In this document: in pieces, positions 10,443 to 20,021 of the stretch
Position numbering within the stretch: position 1 is the first letter of the stretch
Layout of the letters: every line of letters starts with the position of its first letter
Assembly: GCA_021300535.1 (NCBI GenBank)
Contig: JAJTED010000003.1
Span: 13,950 to 77,949 of the forward strand
Direction of reading: 5' to 3'
DNA length: 64,000 nucleotides
Source: Planctomycetaceae bacterium
Lineage (GTDB): Bacteria > Planctomycetota > Planctomycetia > Pirellulales > UBA1268
The notes under the pieces: generated by a model
The model's database searches: none
Seen by the model: the letters and a program-made list of their open reading frames with translations, nothing else
Told to the model about the DNA's origin: nothing
Program-made: the position numbers and the translations under genes

Positions 10443-12170
10443 ATGGCATCCTCCGCCGGGCAGCGACCCTTCAATGACGGCCCATCGATTCTCAATCAGC
10501 CGCGGGTGATTCCCGGCGCGGGGCCAGCGCCCCACAACGATTCGCGGCATGGGTGGGCCTACGAGAAGCCACTCAACGATCCGGCGATCGCCGAGATCTG
10601 GTGCTACACCCCACGGTACGGATACCGCGTTGGCGAGACAATCGACTTCCACGTCCACTCGACGCGCACGGTGTTCGAGATCGAGATCTATCGGGAAGGG
10701 CCCACGCCGGAGGTGGTCTACCGGCAGGCCGGTATTTCGGCGACGGCGGCGACCACGCCTGCCAATCCCCACGTGGTGGGCTGCAGCTGGCCCGTGGCCT
10801 TGCAGGTGAAGGTCCCGAGTGAGTGGCGATCGGGCTTCTACGTCGTGATGGTCCGCGTCCACGATGAAGACGGAGGCATCTTCGAGCGGGAGCATTTCTT
10901 CGTGGTCAAGCCGACGACACCCGCGCGCGCGACCAGCATCGCTTTCGTGGTCTCGACCGCGACGATGAACGCCTACAACGACTGGGGTGGCGGCAACAGC
11001 TATCACGGCGAGGGGGGCACGCCCCGCTTCAAGAAGGCGTTTCCGCGCACCTCACTGCTCCGGCCCTGGTCCCGTGGCCTGATCAAACTGCCCGGCGGCG
11101 CTCCACGCGCCGTTTCAACCGCCGAACTGGCTCCCTTCGCGGTGCCCAGCCTGCCAGCCCACGCCTATGCGCACCATTACGGATTCGCCCGTGACTACGG
11201 CGATGCCAGCTGGGCCCTCTACGGCAAGCTCTTCATCGAATGGGCGGAGGCCGCGGGCTACACACTCGACTACTACACCCTGCACGATCTCCACGACGAT
11301 CCCCATGCGCTCGAGCCCTATCGGCTCTCGATCGTGGTCGGACACGACGAGTATTCGAGCTGGCCGATGCGGCAGGCGATCGAGCACCAACTCGCGGTAG
11401 GGGGCAATCATGCCCGCTTTGCGGGCAACAACATCTGGCAGGTGCGCTACGAGGACGGCGGCACCACCTTCGTCAACCATAAGGATGAGACCACAGACCC
11501 TCTCCTCGGCACGGACCAGGACCGCTTCGTGAGCAACGCGTGGGACCTCCCCTGCGTCGGCTGGCCGCTCGCGCACACCTTCGGCCTCACCGGCTCCAAC
11601 GTCATCCACGCGATGTACGGAGGGGCCGCGCCCCGGTCCAGCGGCGGATTCACAATCTACCGCCCGTGGCACTGGAGCCTCGAGGGGAGCGACCTGTACT
11701 TCGGCGACCTGATCGGCGGTCGGCCCGATTGCATCGCCGCGTACGAGATCGACGGCTGCGACTTCACCATGCGGGACGGCCTTCCCTATCCGACGGGTAA
11801 GGACGGAGCCCCGGCAAACCTCACGATCATCGCCATGGCCCCTGCGGTGCAGCACGAAGAGGATCACTTCAACGGCACCACCGCCACGACGATGAACTCC
11901 GTCGCCAACCCATCCATCAAGGGTGACGGAATGGGGCTGCCGCATTTGGAGGAGCATGAGGGAGCGCGGCACCCGAAATACGGAGCGGGCATGATCGCCA
12001 GCTACGACCGCGGTGTAGCGCCGGGCGATGGCACGATGTTCGTCGCCGGAGCCACCGACTGGGTGGTGGGCCTCCAGCGGCGGAACTGGTTCGTCGAGAA
12101 GATCACGCGTAACGTGCTCGACCGTCTCTCGGACTCCCGACCGCAGGCACCGGCGCCCCGTCGCGGTTAA
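10443..12170 (+). CDS. N,N-dimethylformamidase beta-subunit family protein
   Basis: WRSGFY, TMNAYNDWGG, VGHDEYSS, FAGNNIWQVR, AYEIDG; start uncertain. Confidence 0.8.
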   Translation: MASSAGQRPFNDGPSILNQPRVIPGAGPAPHNDSRHGWAYEKPLNDPAIAEIWCYTPRYGYRVGETIDFHVHSTRTVFEIEIYREGPTPEVVYRQAGISATAATTPANPHVVGCSWPVALQVKVPSEWRSGFYVVMVRVHDEDGGIFEREHFFVVKPTTPARATSIAFVVSTATMNAYNDWGGGNSYHGEGGTPRFKKAFPRTSLLRPWSRGLIKLPGGAPRAVSTAELAPFAVPSLPAHAYAHHYGFARDYGDASWALYGKLFIEWAEAAGYTLDYYTLHDLHDDPHALEPYRLSIVVGHDEYSSWPMRQAIEHQLAVGGNHARFAGNNIWQVRYEDGGTTFVNHKDETTDPLLGTDQDRFVSNAWDLPCVGWPLAHTFGLTGSNVIHAMYGGAAPRSSGGFTIYRPWHWSLEGSDLYFGDLIGGRPDCIAAYEIDGCDFTMRDGLPYPTGKDGAPANLTIIAMAPAVQHEEDHFNGTTATTMNSVANPSIKGDGMGLPHLEEHEGARHPKYGAGMIASYDRGVAPGDGTMFVAGATDWVVGLQRRNWFVEKITRNVLDRLSDSRPQAPAPRRG

Positions 12171-12325
12171 GGAGCTTGCTCAGGGCTCCCTGCGACGGCC
12201 AGCAACTCGAATCTCGGCACCGTCCCCAAGGCACACGGCCGAGGTCACTTGCATGCGACCAAGGGGTGACCCGTACCGAGGGACGCCCTTTGCGCTCGAA
12301 CGGCTCAGGATTTAGGAAGGGGGGC

Positions 12326-12538
12326 AGGACGGGGCCGGTGTTTCGCCTCGAAGGTTGGCAGGGACGGTACCGCGACTGGGAGGTGTCGAAGATCGTCTCG
12401 AAGATCGGCAAGGCGGCGGGCGTGTGCGCTTGGCTTGGGAATACGCCGAAAGTGGCGGAAAAGCACTATCTCCAAGTCACCGACGAAGACTTTCAGCGGG
12501 CGTTGTTGCGATGTGTTCCCGAGCAGCGCGCTGGATAG
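12326..12538 (+). pseudogene. Tyrosine recombinase/integrase C-terminal remnant
   Basis: RTGPVF...VSKIVSKIGKAAGV joined directly to VCAWLGNTPKVAEKHYLQVTDEDFQRA (box II with catalytic Tyr); the HxxR segment is missing. Confidence 0.7.
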
Positions 12539-12563
12539 TGTCGGCTTACCTGACCATCAAAGA

Positions 12564-12610
12564 GCCACCCGACCGAGTTCCGAGAAGACCGGTCGGGTGG
12601 TTTTGTTTTT
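12564..12610 (+). terminator. Intrinsic terminator
   Basis: ccacccgaccg / cggtcgggtgg stem followed by ttttgttttt. Confidence 0.7.
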
Positions 12611-12627
12611 GCTGCTGGTCGCCGCGC

Positions 12628-12906
12628 CTACCCGAGAGCGTTCTTTATCGCCTCGTCGTCCATGCCGTTGATGGTGATCACCTTGGATGCTGACGAGTGA
12701 CCGCTCACGACGCTGACGGCATCAGTGGGTAGCCTGAGCTTTTCGGCGAGAAGTGATACCACCGCCTCATTGGTTCGCCCCTTCTCTGGCGGTGCCATCA
12801 CCTTGATCTTCAAGGCTTCTCCAAGCCAGCCCACGATCCTGTCCCGTGATGACCCTGGAACCACCTTGACCTTAAGGCGGACAAACGGTTCGGGAGCCTT
12901 CGTCAC
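12628..12906 (-). CDS. DUF167 (YggU/UPF0235) protein
   Basis: LKVKVVPGSSRD, LKIKVMAPPEKGRTNEA, GHSSASK; GTG start inferred. Confidence 0.85.
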   Translation of the reverse strand: MTKAPEPFVRLKVKVVPGSSRDRIVGWLGEALKIKVMAPPEKGRTNEAVVSLLAEKLRLPTDAVSVVSGHSSASKVITINGMDDEAIKNALG

Positions 12907-12941
12907 GGTGCCTGCGATCCCGTATGTGTTCGCTTTTGAGG

Positions 12942-13230
12942 GCGACTCAAAAAGCGACTCAAAACCCGACTCACTCTCTGCCCGCAGGAGGTCGCAGGGC
13001 ACCGCACCGACAAAACGGCATACCCATCAAAAGAGCAGGCCGCAGAACGACTTGCGTCATCCTGCGGCCTGATGCGATCTCTTGCGAAAAGTGGCGTAGC
13101 TCCCCGAGTAGGATTCGTCACAACCGCTGTTTTCTTTGTGAATAAACGGGGATCGGCAAGAAAGTGACTCAAAAAACGACTCACTCGGTAGAGTCGGGAA
13201 GTCCGCAGGGAGCTGCAGGAGGCCGCATGC
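12942..13230. mobile_element. Complete attP-like junction: triple arm, phased boxes, tRNA core (13100-13117), double arm, phased boxes
   Basis: (g/c)cgactca at 12942/12954/12966; TGCG at 13053/63/73/83; ctccccgagtaggattcg; gtgactca-aaaa-acgactca at 13164. Confidence 0.85.
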
Positions 13231-13278
13231 TGGTGACGGTAGAATGTAGAGATGAAATTGCTGGCTGAGGAAACTGCC

Positions 13279-13596
13279 ATGATCGCGTCCCGTGTAATCG
13301 ATGAACTCAAGGAACGACTGTCGGCGGTCTACGGCGACCGCCTGTACGCGGTTGTCCTGTTCGGCTCCGAAGCTCGGGGAAATGCCGGGCCAGACAGCGA
13401 CATCGACGTCTTGGCAGTTCTCGAGACTCTGGCCGGCGACTACGGTGAGGAATTGGAGCGGGGACTTGCGGCGGTGTATCCGATCGCCCTGCGGCTTGGC
13501 CGCCGCGTGAGCGTGAAACCGCTGGCACGAGAGGAGTATGATCGCGGCGATAGCCCATTGCTCCGCGAGGTGCGTCGCTCAGGCGTGGCGGCATGA
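13279..13596 (+). CDS. MNT (minimal nucleotidyltransferase) antitoxin
   Basis: FGSEARGNAGPDSDID is the GS-x10-DxD motif; overlaps the HEPN start (ATGA). Confidence 0.9.
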   Translation: MIASRVIDELKERLSAVYGDRLYAVVLFGSEARGNAGPDSDIDVLAVLETLAGDYGEELERGLAAVYPIALRLGRRVSVKPLAREEYDRGDSPLLREVRRSGVAA

Positions 13597-13976
13597 ACGA
13601 GTTCATCCGCAGTCAATGGGCAAAGTCCAAGCGTTCGCTTGCTGCGGCTGAGGTGATCTTCGAGACCGATCCGGACTCAGCAGCATCGAGGGCTTACTAC
13701 GCTGCGTTTCATGGTGTGACCGCGGTCCTCGCAGGACGCGGCATGGAATTCACGAAGCACACGGCGGTGCGGGCGGCCCTGCATCGGGATCTCATCCAGT
13801 CTGGCGCGATCTCTGCGGATCTCGGTCGTGATTACGACTTCTTGCTCGATCTCCGCGAGACCGCCGATTATGGCGGAGTTGCCGAGGCATCCCTGGCGAG
13901 TGCGACAAAGGCGATCGAAAAGGCAAGGAAGATCCTGGCCTCGATCGAGCCACTTTTGCCCGATAGCGCCGCCTGA
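13593..13976 (+). CDS. HEPN domain protein (UPF0332/COG1895-like)
   Basis: AASRAYYAAFH, KHTAV, LRETADY. Confidence 0.9.
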   Translation: MNEFIRSQWAKSKRSLAAAEVIFETDPDSAASRAYYAAFHGVTAVLAGRGMEFTKHTAVRAALHRDLIQSGAISADLGRDYDFLLDLRETADYGGVAEASLASATKAIEKARKILASIEPLLPDSAA

Positions 13977-14031
13977 AAAACGGTGCTGCATTCGGCTCAG
14001 TGCGAGCCGGTGCGGCCCCCTGCATAAGAAG

Positions 14032-14150
14032 CTCCCCGAGTAGGATGCGTAACATCCGCCGTTATCTCCGAGAAAAGACATGGGTCGGCGACAAAGCGAC
14101 TTAAAAAACGACTCACGTTCCAGTCCATAGGAGGACGCATGACCTCGCAC
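14032..14150. mobile_element. att junction (tRNA core plus type B arms)
   Basis: ctccccgagtaggat at 14032; gcgactta-aaaa-acgactca at 14096. Confidence 0.88.
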
Positions 14151-14271
14151 CAGGCCCCCGGGCGGTGTTCGACAAAGGGCTGCGGCAGACGAACCCCCAC
14201 CCCGGCATCTGCCCAGCAATCACGCCACGCGGAGCCGGGCTCCGAGACCGCAGCACGGTACACTCGAACGT

Positions 14272-14332
14272 CAATGACCATGCCCCCATCCACGTCCATG
14301 TTCGCCGGGGCGGGCCTCATCGATGACCACCT
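14272..14332 (+). pseudogene. DUF4160 remnant (collapsed by deletions)
   Basis: caatgaccatgcccccatccacgtccatgttcgc and cctcatcgatgaccacct match 26752-26785 and 26881-26898. Confidence 0.75.
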
Positions 14333-14596
14333 TGTCAGTCGGCGCGCATAACCGGCCAGTGATCGGCGCCTGATCCCGGCCGTCATCACGGTGCATCCCG
14401 ACCCACAGATCCTCCAGCAGCGTTCCCGCTGGTCGCCCGCTGAACGAAGCCACCAGGTGATTAATTACGACATCCCGACGGCATGCATCCGATCAACGGA
14501 TTTTAGCGAATCCACCGGGTAGTTTCCCTGCACCGGCACCATCGGCGGCGGCCGTAGGCGCACCATTGTGATGCGTTTGTCTCGAGGAGAGCCGGT

Positions 14597-17428
14597 ATGA
14601 ATCGCGGAAGCAAAGATCGATACGGAGGTTGGAGACGCCGGTGTGTCGGCCTTGTTTGCGGACTGGTCTGGATCTGCCTCCCGGCACAGTCCCACGCCAT
14701 CTGTGGTCTCGATGCGGCAGCCTTCGATCAAGTCCGCGATGTCGACGACCTCGACGCCCGGCAGGCGTGGGCGCGGCAGGTTACGCGGCAGGGGGGCGCG
14801 TCGTGCGTCGTCTGCCATGTGGCCGACTATAGTCCCCGGAATCGGTACGGAACCGCGATCAACATGCTGGTGACCGGTTACGACCGGGAAAATTCCGCCC
14901 GCAAGCGCGAGGCGGGGCGGCGGGTCAACGACATTCCGGCCGATCCGTCGCTCCCCAACTCACCGACCTTCGGCGAACTAATCCGCCGCGGCCTGCCGCC
15001 TGCCGCCGATCTCGCGGCCAACCGTGCCGCGATCCAAAACCTCCCGGCCGATCCGCCCCAGGAGGTCACGGTCGAGCAGGCCCGCGAACTGGTGTGGCAG
15101 GCGGAGGAGAAATCGGATTATGCGATCCTCCAGCTCAGCCGGACGCCCGACGTGAGCCCGGAAGTCGCGGCCGTGCTTGCCGGGTTTCGGGGCGAGATGT
15201 TGATCCTGGGGCTGCGGTCGCTTTCGCCGGAGGTCGCCCAGGCGCTCGGAAATAGCCGGGCGGCCACGGTCTGGCTGCACTCGGTCACGGCGGTCACTCC
15301 CGAGGCGGCCGCGGCCATCGCGGAGGTGCCGGGCCATCTGGTGCTCTCCGGCCTGGTGGAACTCGAGTCGGTGCCGCTGGCGCGGAAACTGGCCGGGCGA
15401 CCGGCGGCGTTGTCGCTCCCCTACCTGAAAAAGATCGGGCCCGAGGTCGCCGCGGCGCTGGCGGAGGCCCCCCGCGGCCTGACACTGGCCGCCCTGGCCG
15501 ATGTGCCGGTGGAGGTTCAGGAGGCGCTCGCCAAGACCGCCACATCCCTCTCGTTGCCGAGCCTTAAGTCGTTGGACTCGCTGCCGCTCACCAGGAAACT
15601 CGCCGCCGGCTATGCATCGTCGGTCCTGCTACCGGGCATCCGGGCGCTGTCCGTGGAACAGGCGGAGGTGATCGCCGCGGTGGATCGTGTTTTCTTCCTG
15701 GGAGGCACCTTCCTGCCGCTGTCCGTGATGTCCGAGGAAGTCGCGACCGTGTTCGCGAAGCGTCCGGCGGCGGGCCGGCTGGCGCTCGGGGCTGGGTCGA
15801 TCGCCGATCCGGCCTTCAAGATCCTGGTCGAGTCTCCCGTGCGCATCGAGTTGCTGGACACGGCCTCATTCAGTGCCGAACAGGTGCGGATCATGGCCGC
15901 GGCGGTGGATCGCGTTCCGGGCGGCCCAGCCGGGACGCGCTCGAAATTCAACGTGCCGATGGTGACGACGCTCGACTCCGCCCTGCTGGCCGAGACGCTG
16001 CTGCGATCCTCGGACGGTCTTTTCGGGGTGACGAGCATCTCGCCCGCGGTGGCCGAGGCGCTGGGCCGCAATCCGGAAGCGGCGGCCGGCAAGCCGAACG
16101 CCGGGCTGAACTTTCCCAGCCTCGAGGAACTCAGCCCCGAGACGGCCCGGCTGCTCATGAACCGGCGTTGGAACGGGATCTCGCTGCCGGCGCTACGGGA
16201 TGCGAAGCCGGAGACCGTCCGCAGCCTCGTGTGTCAGGCTTCGTGTGTGACGTTGGGCCTCACGGCCATCACGCCCGAAGTGGCTGCCGCGTTCGGCGAA
16301 ATGGCCAGCGATACCTTCAATTTGGGAGGCGGTACCCTTGCGTTTCCCTGCCTGTCCGAACTTTCCCCGGAGGCCGCCCGGGTGCTGGTGGCGGCGCTGA
16401 ACCGCGGAAAGGAGGTGCCGACGTGGGGCGGTCTCGACCGGACGCCGCAATTATTCATCGGCGGACGTGGTCTGGCGGGCATAGCTCCGCCGTTGACCCC
16501 GGCACTGGCTCGTGAACTGGCGCAGTATCGGGGCCGGCTCTCGATCGCCGGCCTGCGGGGGGAGCTTTCGCCGGAGGCGGCCGCCGCGTTGCAGGCGTAT
16601 CGCGGCCCGTTCATCGATCTCTCCGGCCCCGCGATCGACAGGCCGTCGCCCGAAACGGCGGCGGAACTGGCCAAGATCCCCGTGAAGCTCGACCTGCCGC
16701 TCCGGGTGCTCGACTCGGTGCCGCTGGCCGAGAAGCTCGCCGGTCAAAGCAGTATGTCGCTCAACGACCTGACCGTGCTCTCCGACGAAGCGGCCAAGGC
16801 ACTGGCGAGGCACGAGCGTGACCTGTCCCTGAACGGCCTGACCACGCTCTCTGCCGAAGCCGCACAGGCGCTGGCGCGGCACCAGGCCCTTGGCCTGCGG
16901 CTCAACGGCCTGACCACGCTCTCCGAAGAGGCGGCCAAGGCATTGGCGCAGTACAAGGGCTTCCTGTCGCTGAACGGCCTGACCAAGCTGCCTGATGACG
17001 CGGCCGAGGCATTGGCGCAGCACAAGGGCAGCCTGGTCCTCAACGGCCTGACCACGTTGTCTGCTGACGCGGCCCAGGCCTTGGGGCAGCATCAGGGCGA
17101 TTTGTCCCTCGCCGGCCTGACCAGGCTCTCGGCCGAGGCGACCAAAGCACTCGCTGCCGCCGATAAGTGGTCCGGCTTTCTTCCTCGGGTCGCCGCGCTC
17201 GACTCCCCGGATGCGGTCGCCGTCGCCGAAGCCCTCGCCACGAAGAAAGGCCCGCTGAATCTCCCCAGCCTCAGGAAAATCTCTCCCAAGACGCTCACGG
17301 CCCTGATCCAGAAGGGAGACGTCGAAATCCCGCTCATCGAGACGCTCGAACTGATCCCCGAGCCGGACGGTAGCGGCACCGACGACTTCGTGATCCCCGA
17401 GGGCTTCCGGCAGCGGCGGAAGCGGTGA
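14597..17428 (+). CDS. Secreted leucine-rich-repeat-like protein with N-terminal CxxCH
   Basis: Signal-like N-terminus, SCVVCH, many approximately 24-aa repeats LSLNGLTTLSxEAAxALAxH. Confidence 0.75.
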   Translation: MNRGSKDRYGGWRRRCVGLVCGLVWICLPAQSHAICGLDAAAFDQVRDVDDLDARQAWARQVTRQGGASCVVCHVADYSPRNRYGTAINMLVTGYDRENSARKREAGRRVNDIPADPSLPNSPTFGELIRRGLPPAADLAANRAAIQNLPADPPQEVTVEQARELVWQAEEKSDYAILQLSRTPDVSPEVAAVLAGFRGEMLILGLRSLSPEVAQALGNSRAATVWLHSVTAVTPEAAAAIAEVPGHLVLSGLVELESVPLARKLAGRPAALSLPYLKKIGPEVAAALAEAPRGLTLAALADVPVEVQEALAKTATSLSLPSLKSLDSLPLTRKLAAGYASSVLLPGIRALSVEQAEVIAAVDRVFFLGGTFLPLSVMSEEVATVFAKRPAAGRLALGAGSIADPAFKILVESPVRIELLDTASFSAEQVRIMAAAVDRVPGGPAGTRSKFNVPMVTTLDSALLAETLLRSSDGLFGVTSISPAVAEALGRNPEAAAGKPNAGLNFPSLEELSPETARLLMNRRWNGISLPALRDAKPETVRSLVCQASCVTLGLTAITPEVAAAFGEMASDTFNLGGGTLAFPCLSELSPEAARVLVAALNRGKEVPTWGGLDRTPQLFIGGRGLAGIAPPLTPALARELAQYRGRLSIAGLRGELSPEAAAALQAYRGPFIDLSGPAIDRPSPETAAELAKIPVKLDLPLRVLDSVPLAEKLAGQSSMSLNDLTVLSDEAAKALARHERDLSLNGLTTLSAEAAQALARHQALGLRLNGLTTLSEEAAKALAQYKGFLSLNGLTKLPDDAAEALAQHKGSLVLNGLTTLSADAAQALGQHQGDLSLAGLTRLSAEATKALAAADKWSGFLPRVAALDSPDAVAVAEALATKKGPLNLPSLRKISPKTLTALIQKGDVEIPLIETLELIPEPDGSGTDDFVIPEGFRQRRKR

Positions 17429-17515
17429 CTGGACCGCGCCGCCGTTGCTCTGAATCGCCGGCTCAAGGTGGAGTTGCGTTGACCGTTCGTCGGTCTGGCT
17501 CTGTCAGCGGAAAAG

Positions 17516-17640
17516 CTCCCCGAGTAGGAACAGTTCGAATCGCTGTTTTCTGGGGGAATGCCGTAAAACCGGCTCGAACGTGACGTAAAAAGCGACGTAA
17601 GCCCGAAGTACGCCGGGACGGGCACCGCCCGGCAGGGAGC
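17516..17640. mobile_element. att junction (tRNA core plus type C arms)
   Basis: ctccccgagtagga at 17516; gtgacgta-aaaa-gcgacgta at 17580. Confidence 0.88.
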
Positions 17641-17976
17641 ACGCTGGGGCTCGAAACCGCTTCCGTCACGAGTTGCCCGTGATCGACATCCACAGCCTCT
17701 GACCCCTCCGGACGCGAGGCATTACCGAAGCCGCCATGGGGGCGGTCGGGAGAGACTCTACGCCGACGCCAGAAAACCGCCACCAAAGGGAGGAAGGCAA
17801 GCGTTCCGGAAACCGCCCCCGGGAGCCCGAACGGCTTTCCAGCCGACGCGAGAGTCGCTCGCCAGCCGGGAAATCGTTGCGGAGGTGCCGTTGACCGGGC
17901 TATCCTTCTATCCCTTGTGAAAGGCTCGGCAATCTATCGGAAGGTATCATACTGATCCGTTCTCGAGGATCAGGCA

Positions 17977-19095
17977 GTGCGTTTCAACCGGCGATTTCCT
18001 CTACTCTCAGGCCAGACGTTCTGGATCGCCCACGCCTGTTTTTGGCTGACCGCGTTCGCTGGCGCGATGATCGTGATCCGGGCGTTCAAGCCGGCCCTGC
18101 CGGACGCAGCGTGGTTCGTCGGCATGCGGGTGGTGGCGGCCTGCCTGATCACGGCAGCCGTGCGGATGGCCGCCAAGAGCTCGCCGCTGCTCGAGCGGTT
18201 GGGGATTTCCAAGATCGGGCTGACGGTGGGGGGGCCGCTGGCCGGCGCGGTCGTGATGACCCTCGCGTTCATGGTCTACGGCACGCTCTCGGGAGGCTCT
18301 CCGCTGACGATCGACATCTCCGCCGGCGCTCCCAACCGGCTCGGCCTCGCCGCCCGGTTTCTCCTCGATGTGATCCTGCTCGGCACATGGTCGGCGGCCT
18401 ACTTCGGCTCCCACCTGCTCCGCGACCAGCGGGCAGCGGAACTGCGCGCCTTCGAGGCCGAAGCCCTCGCCGCCCGCAACGAGCTCAACCACCTGCAGGC
18501 CCAGATCAGCCCGCACTTTCTCTTCAATTCGCTGAACACGATCCTCGCCTGCAAGCAATCGCCCGACGACATCGAGGTGATCACGCAGTCGCTGGCGAAG
18601 TACCTGCGGTTCATCCTCCGCCCCGTCGCCACGCTCGAGCCGCTAGGCCGGGAGATGGACGCCCTCGAGGATTACCTCACGATCCAATCGTTCCGGTTCG
18701 GCGACCAACTCTCCTGCCGGATCGACTGCGACACCGACATCCGCCGCATTCCGGTGCTGCCCGCCATGATCCAGCCGCTCGTGGAAAACGCGCTCAAGTA
18801 CGGACGCCACGCCGACGATCAGCCGCTGGAGGTGACAGTGCGTGCCCGCCGCGATCACGACAAGCTCTTCATCGAGGTCGCCAACACGGGCCACTGGGTG
18901 CCCGCAGACCAGGCCCAGTCGACCAACACGGGCCTCCACACGCTCCGCCGCAGGCTGCTCATCCATGGCGGCCCTGAAGCCACCGTCACCATGTCGGAAC
19001 ACGACGGCTGGGTGCAGGTCGTCATCCAGATTCCCCTTACGGCGGAGTATGCTCTCCCCTCCGTCGCGCCGGAGCCCACGGAGATTGCCGGATGA
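17977..19095 (+). CDS. LytS/YehU-type sensor histidine kinase
   Basis: TM segments, LQAQISPHFLFNSLN, IQPLVENALKYG. Confidence 0.9.
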   Translation: MRFNRRFPLLSGQTFWIAHACFWLTAFAGAMIVIRAFKPALPDAAWFVGMRVVAACLITAAVRMAAKSSPLLERLGISKIGLTVGGPLAGAVVMTLAFMVYGTLSGGSPLTIDISAGAPNRLGLAARFLLDVILLGTWSAAYFGSHLLRDQRAAELRAFEAEALAARNELNHLQAQISPHFLFNSLNTILACKQSPDDIEVITQSLAKYLRFILRPVATLEPLGREMDALEDYLTIQSFRFGDQLSCRIDCDTDIRRIPVLPAMIQPLVENALKYGRHADDQPLEVTVRARRDHDKLFIEVANTGHWVPADQAQSTNTGLHTLRRRLLIHGGPEATVTMSEHDGWVQVVIQIPLTAEYALPSVAPEPTEIAG

Positions 19096-19871
19096 TCACT
19101 GCCCTGCTCGTCGACGACGAACCCAAGGCGATCGACCGCCTCTCCGAGATGCTCGAAGCGGTCGAATCGATCGACGTGATCGGCCGTGCGAGCAGCGTCG
19201 ACGAAGCCGAGAGATTTCTCCGGGGCAGGGCTCCGGACGTCGTGTTTCTCGACATCACGATGCCTGGCCGGCTCGGTGTCGACCTCCTCGGCAGCATCCC
19301 CCAGGGTACGGCGGTGGTCTTCGTGACGGCCCGTGAGGGCTACGCGGTCGAGGCGTTCCGATCCGGAGCCGTCGACTACGTGCTCAAGCCGTTCGACCAC
19401 GACCGCCTCGCGATCACGGTGGAGCGGCTTGAAAAGCGGTTCGCCGCCAACGAGGGCCGGGGCACGGGCGAGCCGGCTGCGGCAGACCTCGGCGGCGACC
19501 GGACCAAAGCCCGGGAAATCTCCGGCGACGAGGGGCAGGCGGTGCGGCTCGCGAGCGGCCGCGGCGCCGGTTTCGTCGTGGTGCCCTACGCCACCATTGC
19601 TTGGATCGAGGCCGTGCAAAACTACACGCGGGTCCAGATCATCGGGGAACAGCTGACGGTGGTGCGCCGCACGATGCAGGAGTGGGAGGCGATATTGCCC
19701 CCGGCGTTCGCGCGGATCAGCCGCTCGCTGATCGTGCAGGTTCCGATGATCCGCTCCACGCAGTGGCAGTCGCGCGACCAGATGCTCGTCTTCTTCGCCG
19801 GGCTCGACGAGCCGCTACCGATCGGCCGCACGCCGATGGCCCGTCTCAAGGATCTCTTGCGGCTCTCCTGA
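19092..19871 (+). CDS. LytTR-family response regulator
   Basis: LVDDE, FLDITMP, VTA, DYVLKP; C-terminal NYTRV, FARISRS. Confidence 0.9.
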   Translation: MITALLVDDEPKAIDRLSEMLEAVESIDVIGRASSVDEAERFLRGRAPDVVFLDITMPGRLGVDLLGSIPQGTAVVFVTAREGYAVEAFRSGAVDYVLKPFDHDRLAITVERLEKRFAANEGRGTGEPAAADLGGDRTKAREISGDEGQAVRLASGRGAGFVVVPYATIAWIEAVQNYTRVQIIGEQLTVVRRTMQEWEAILPPAFARISRSLIVQVPMIRSTQWQSRDQMLVFFAGLDEPLPIGRTPMARLKDLLRLS

Positions 19872-20021
19872 GGCGTTCCAGCCTTCGGCCGCCGCCTCGG
19901 GATGGAGCCGCAGTCGTGATCGCACGTCGTCATCACCCGCCGATGCAGAGCAGGCGGAGAGGAGCAGGCCCTTGATGGCGACCTGCTCCCCTTGCGTTGG
20001 AATCACGTTGGCGGGTTGGTG

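Noticed and set aside
13100-13170. Extra tRNA genes at the core copies
   Set aside because: Identity to the tRNA ends after 14-18 bp, with no anticodon or D arm.
17482-17491. Exact AlgR-like ACCGTTCGTC near the LytS gene
   Set aside because: A single copy on the other side of the att core; could be chance.
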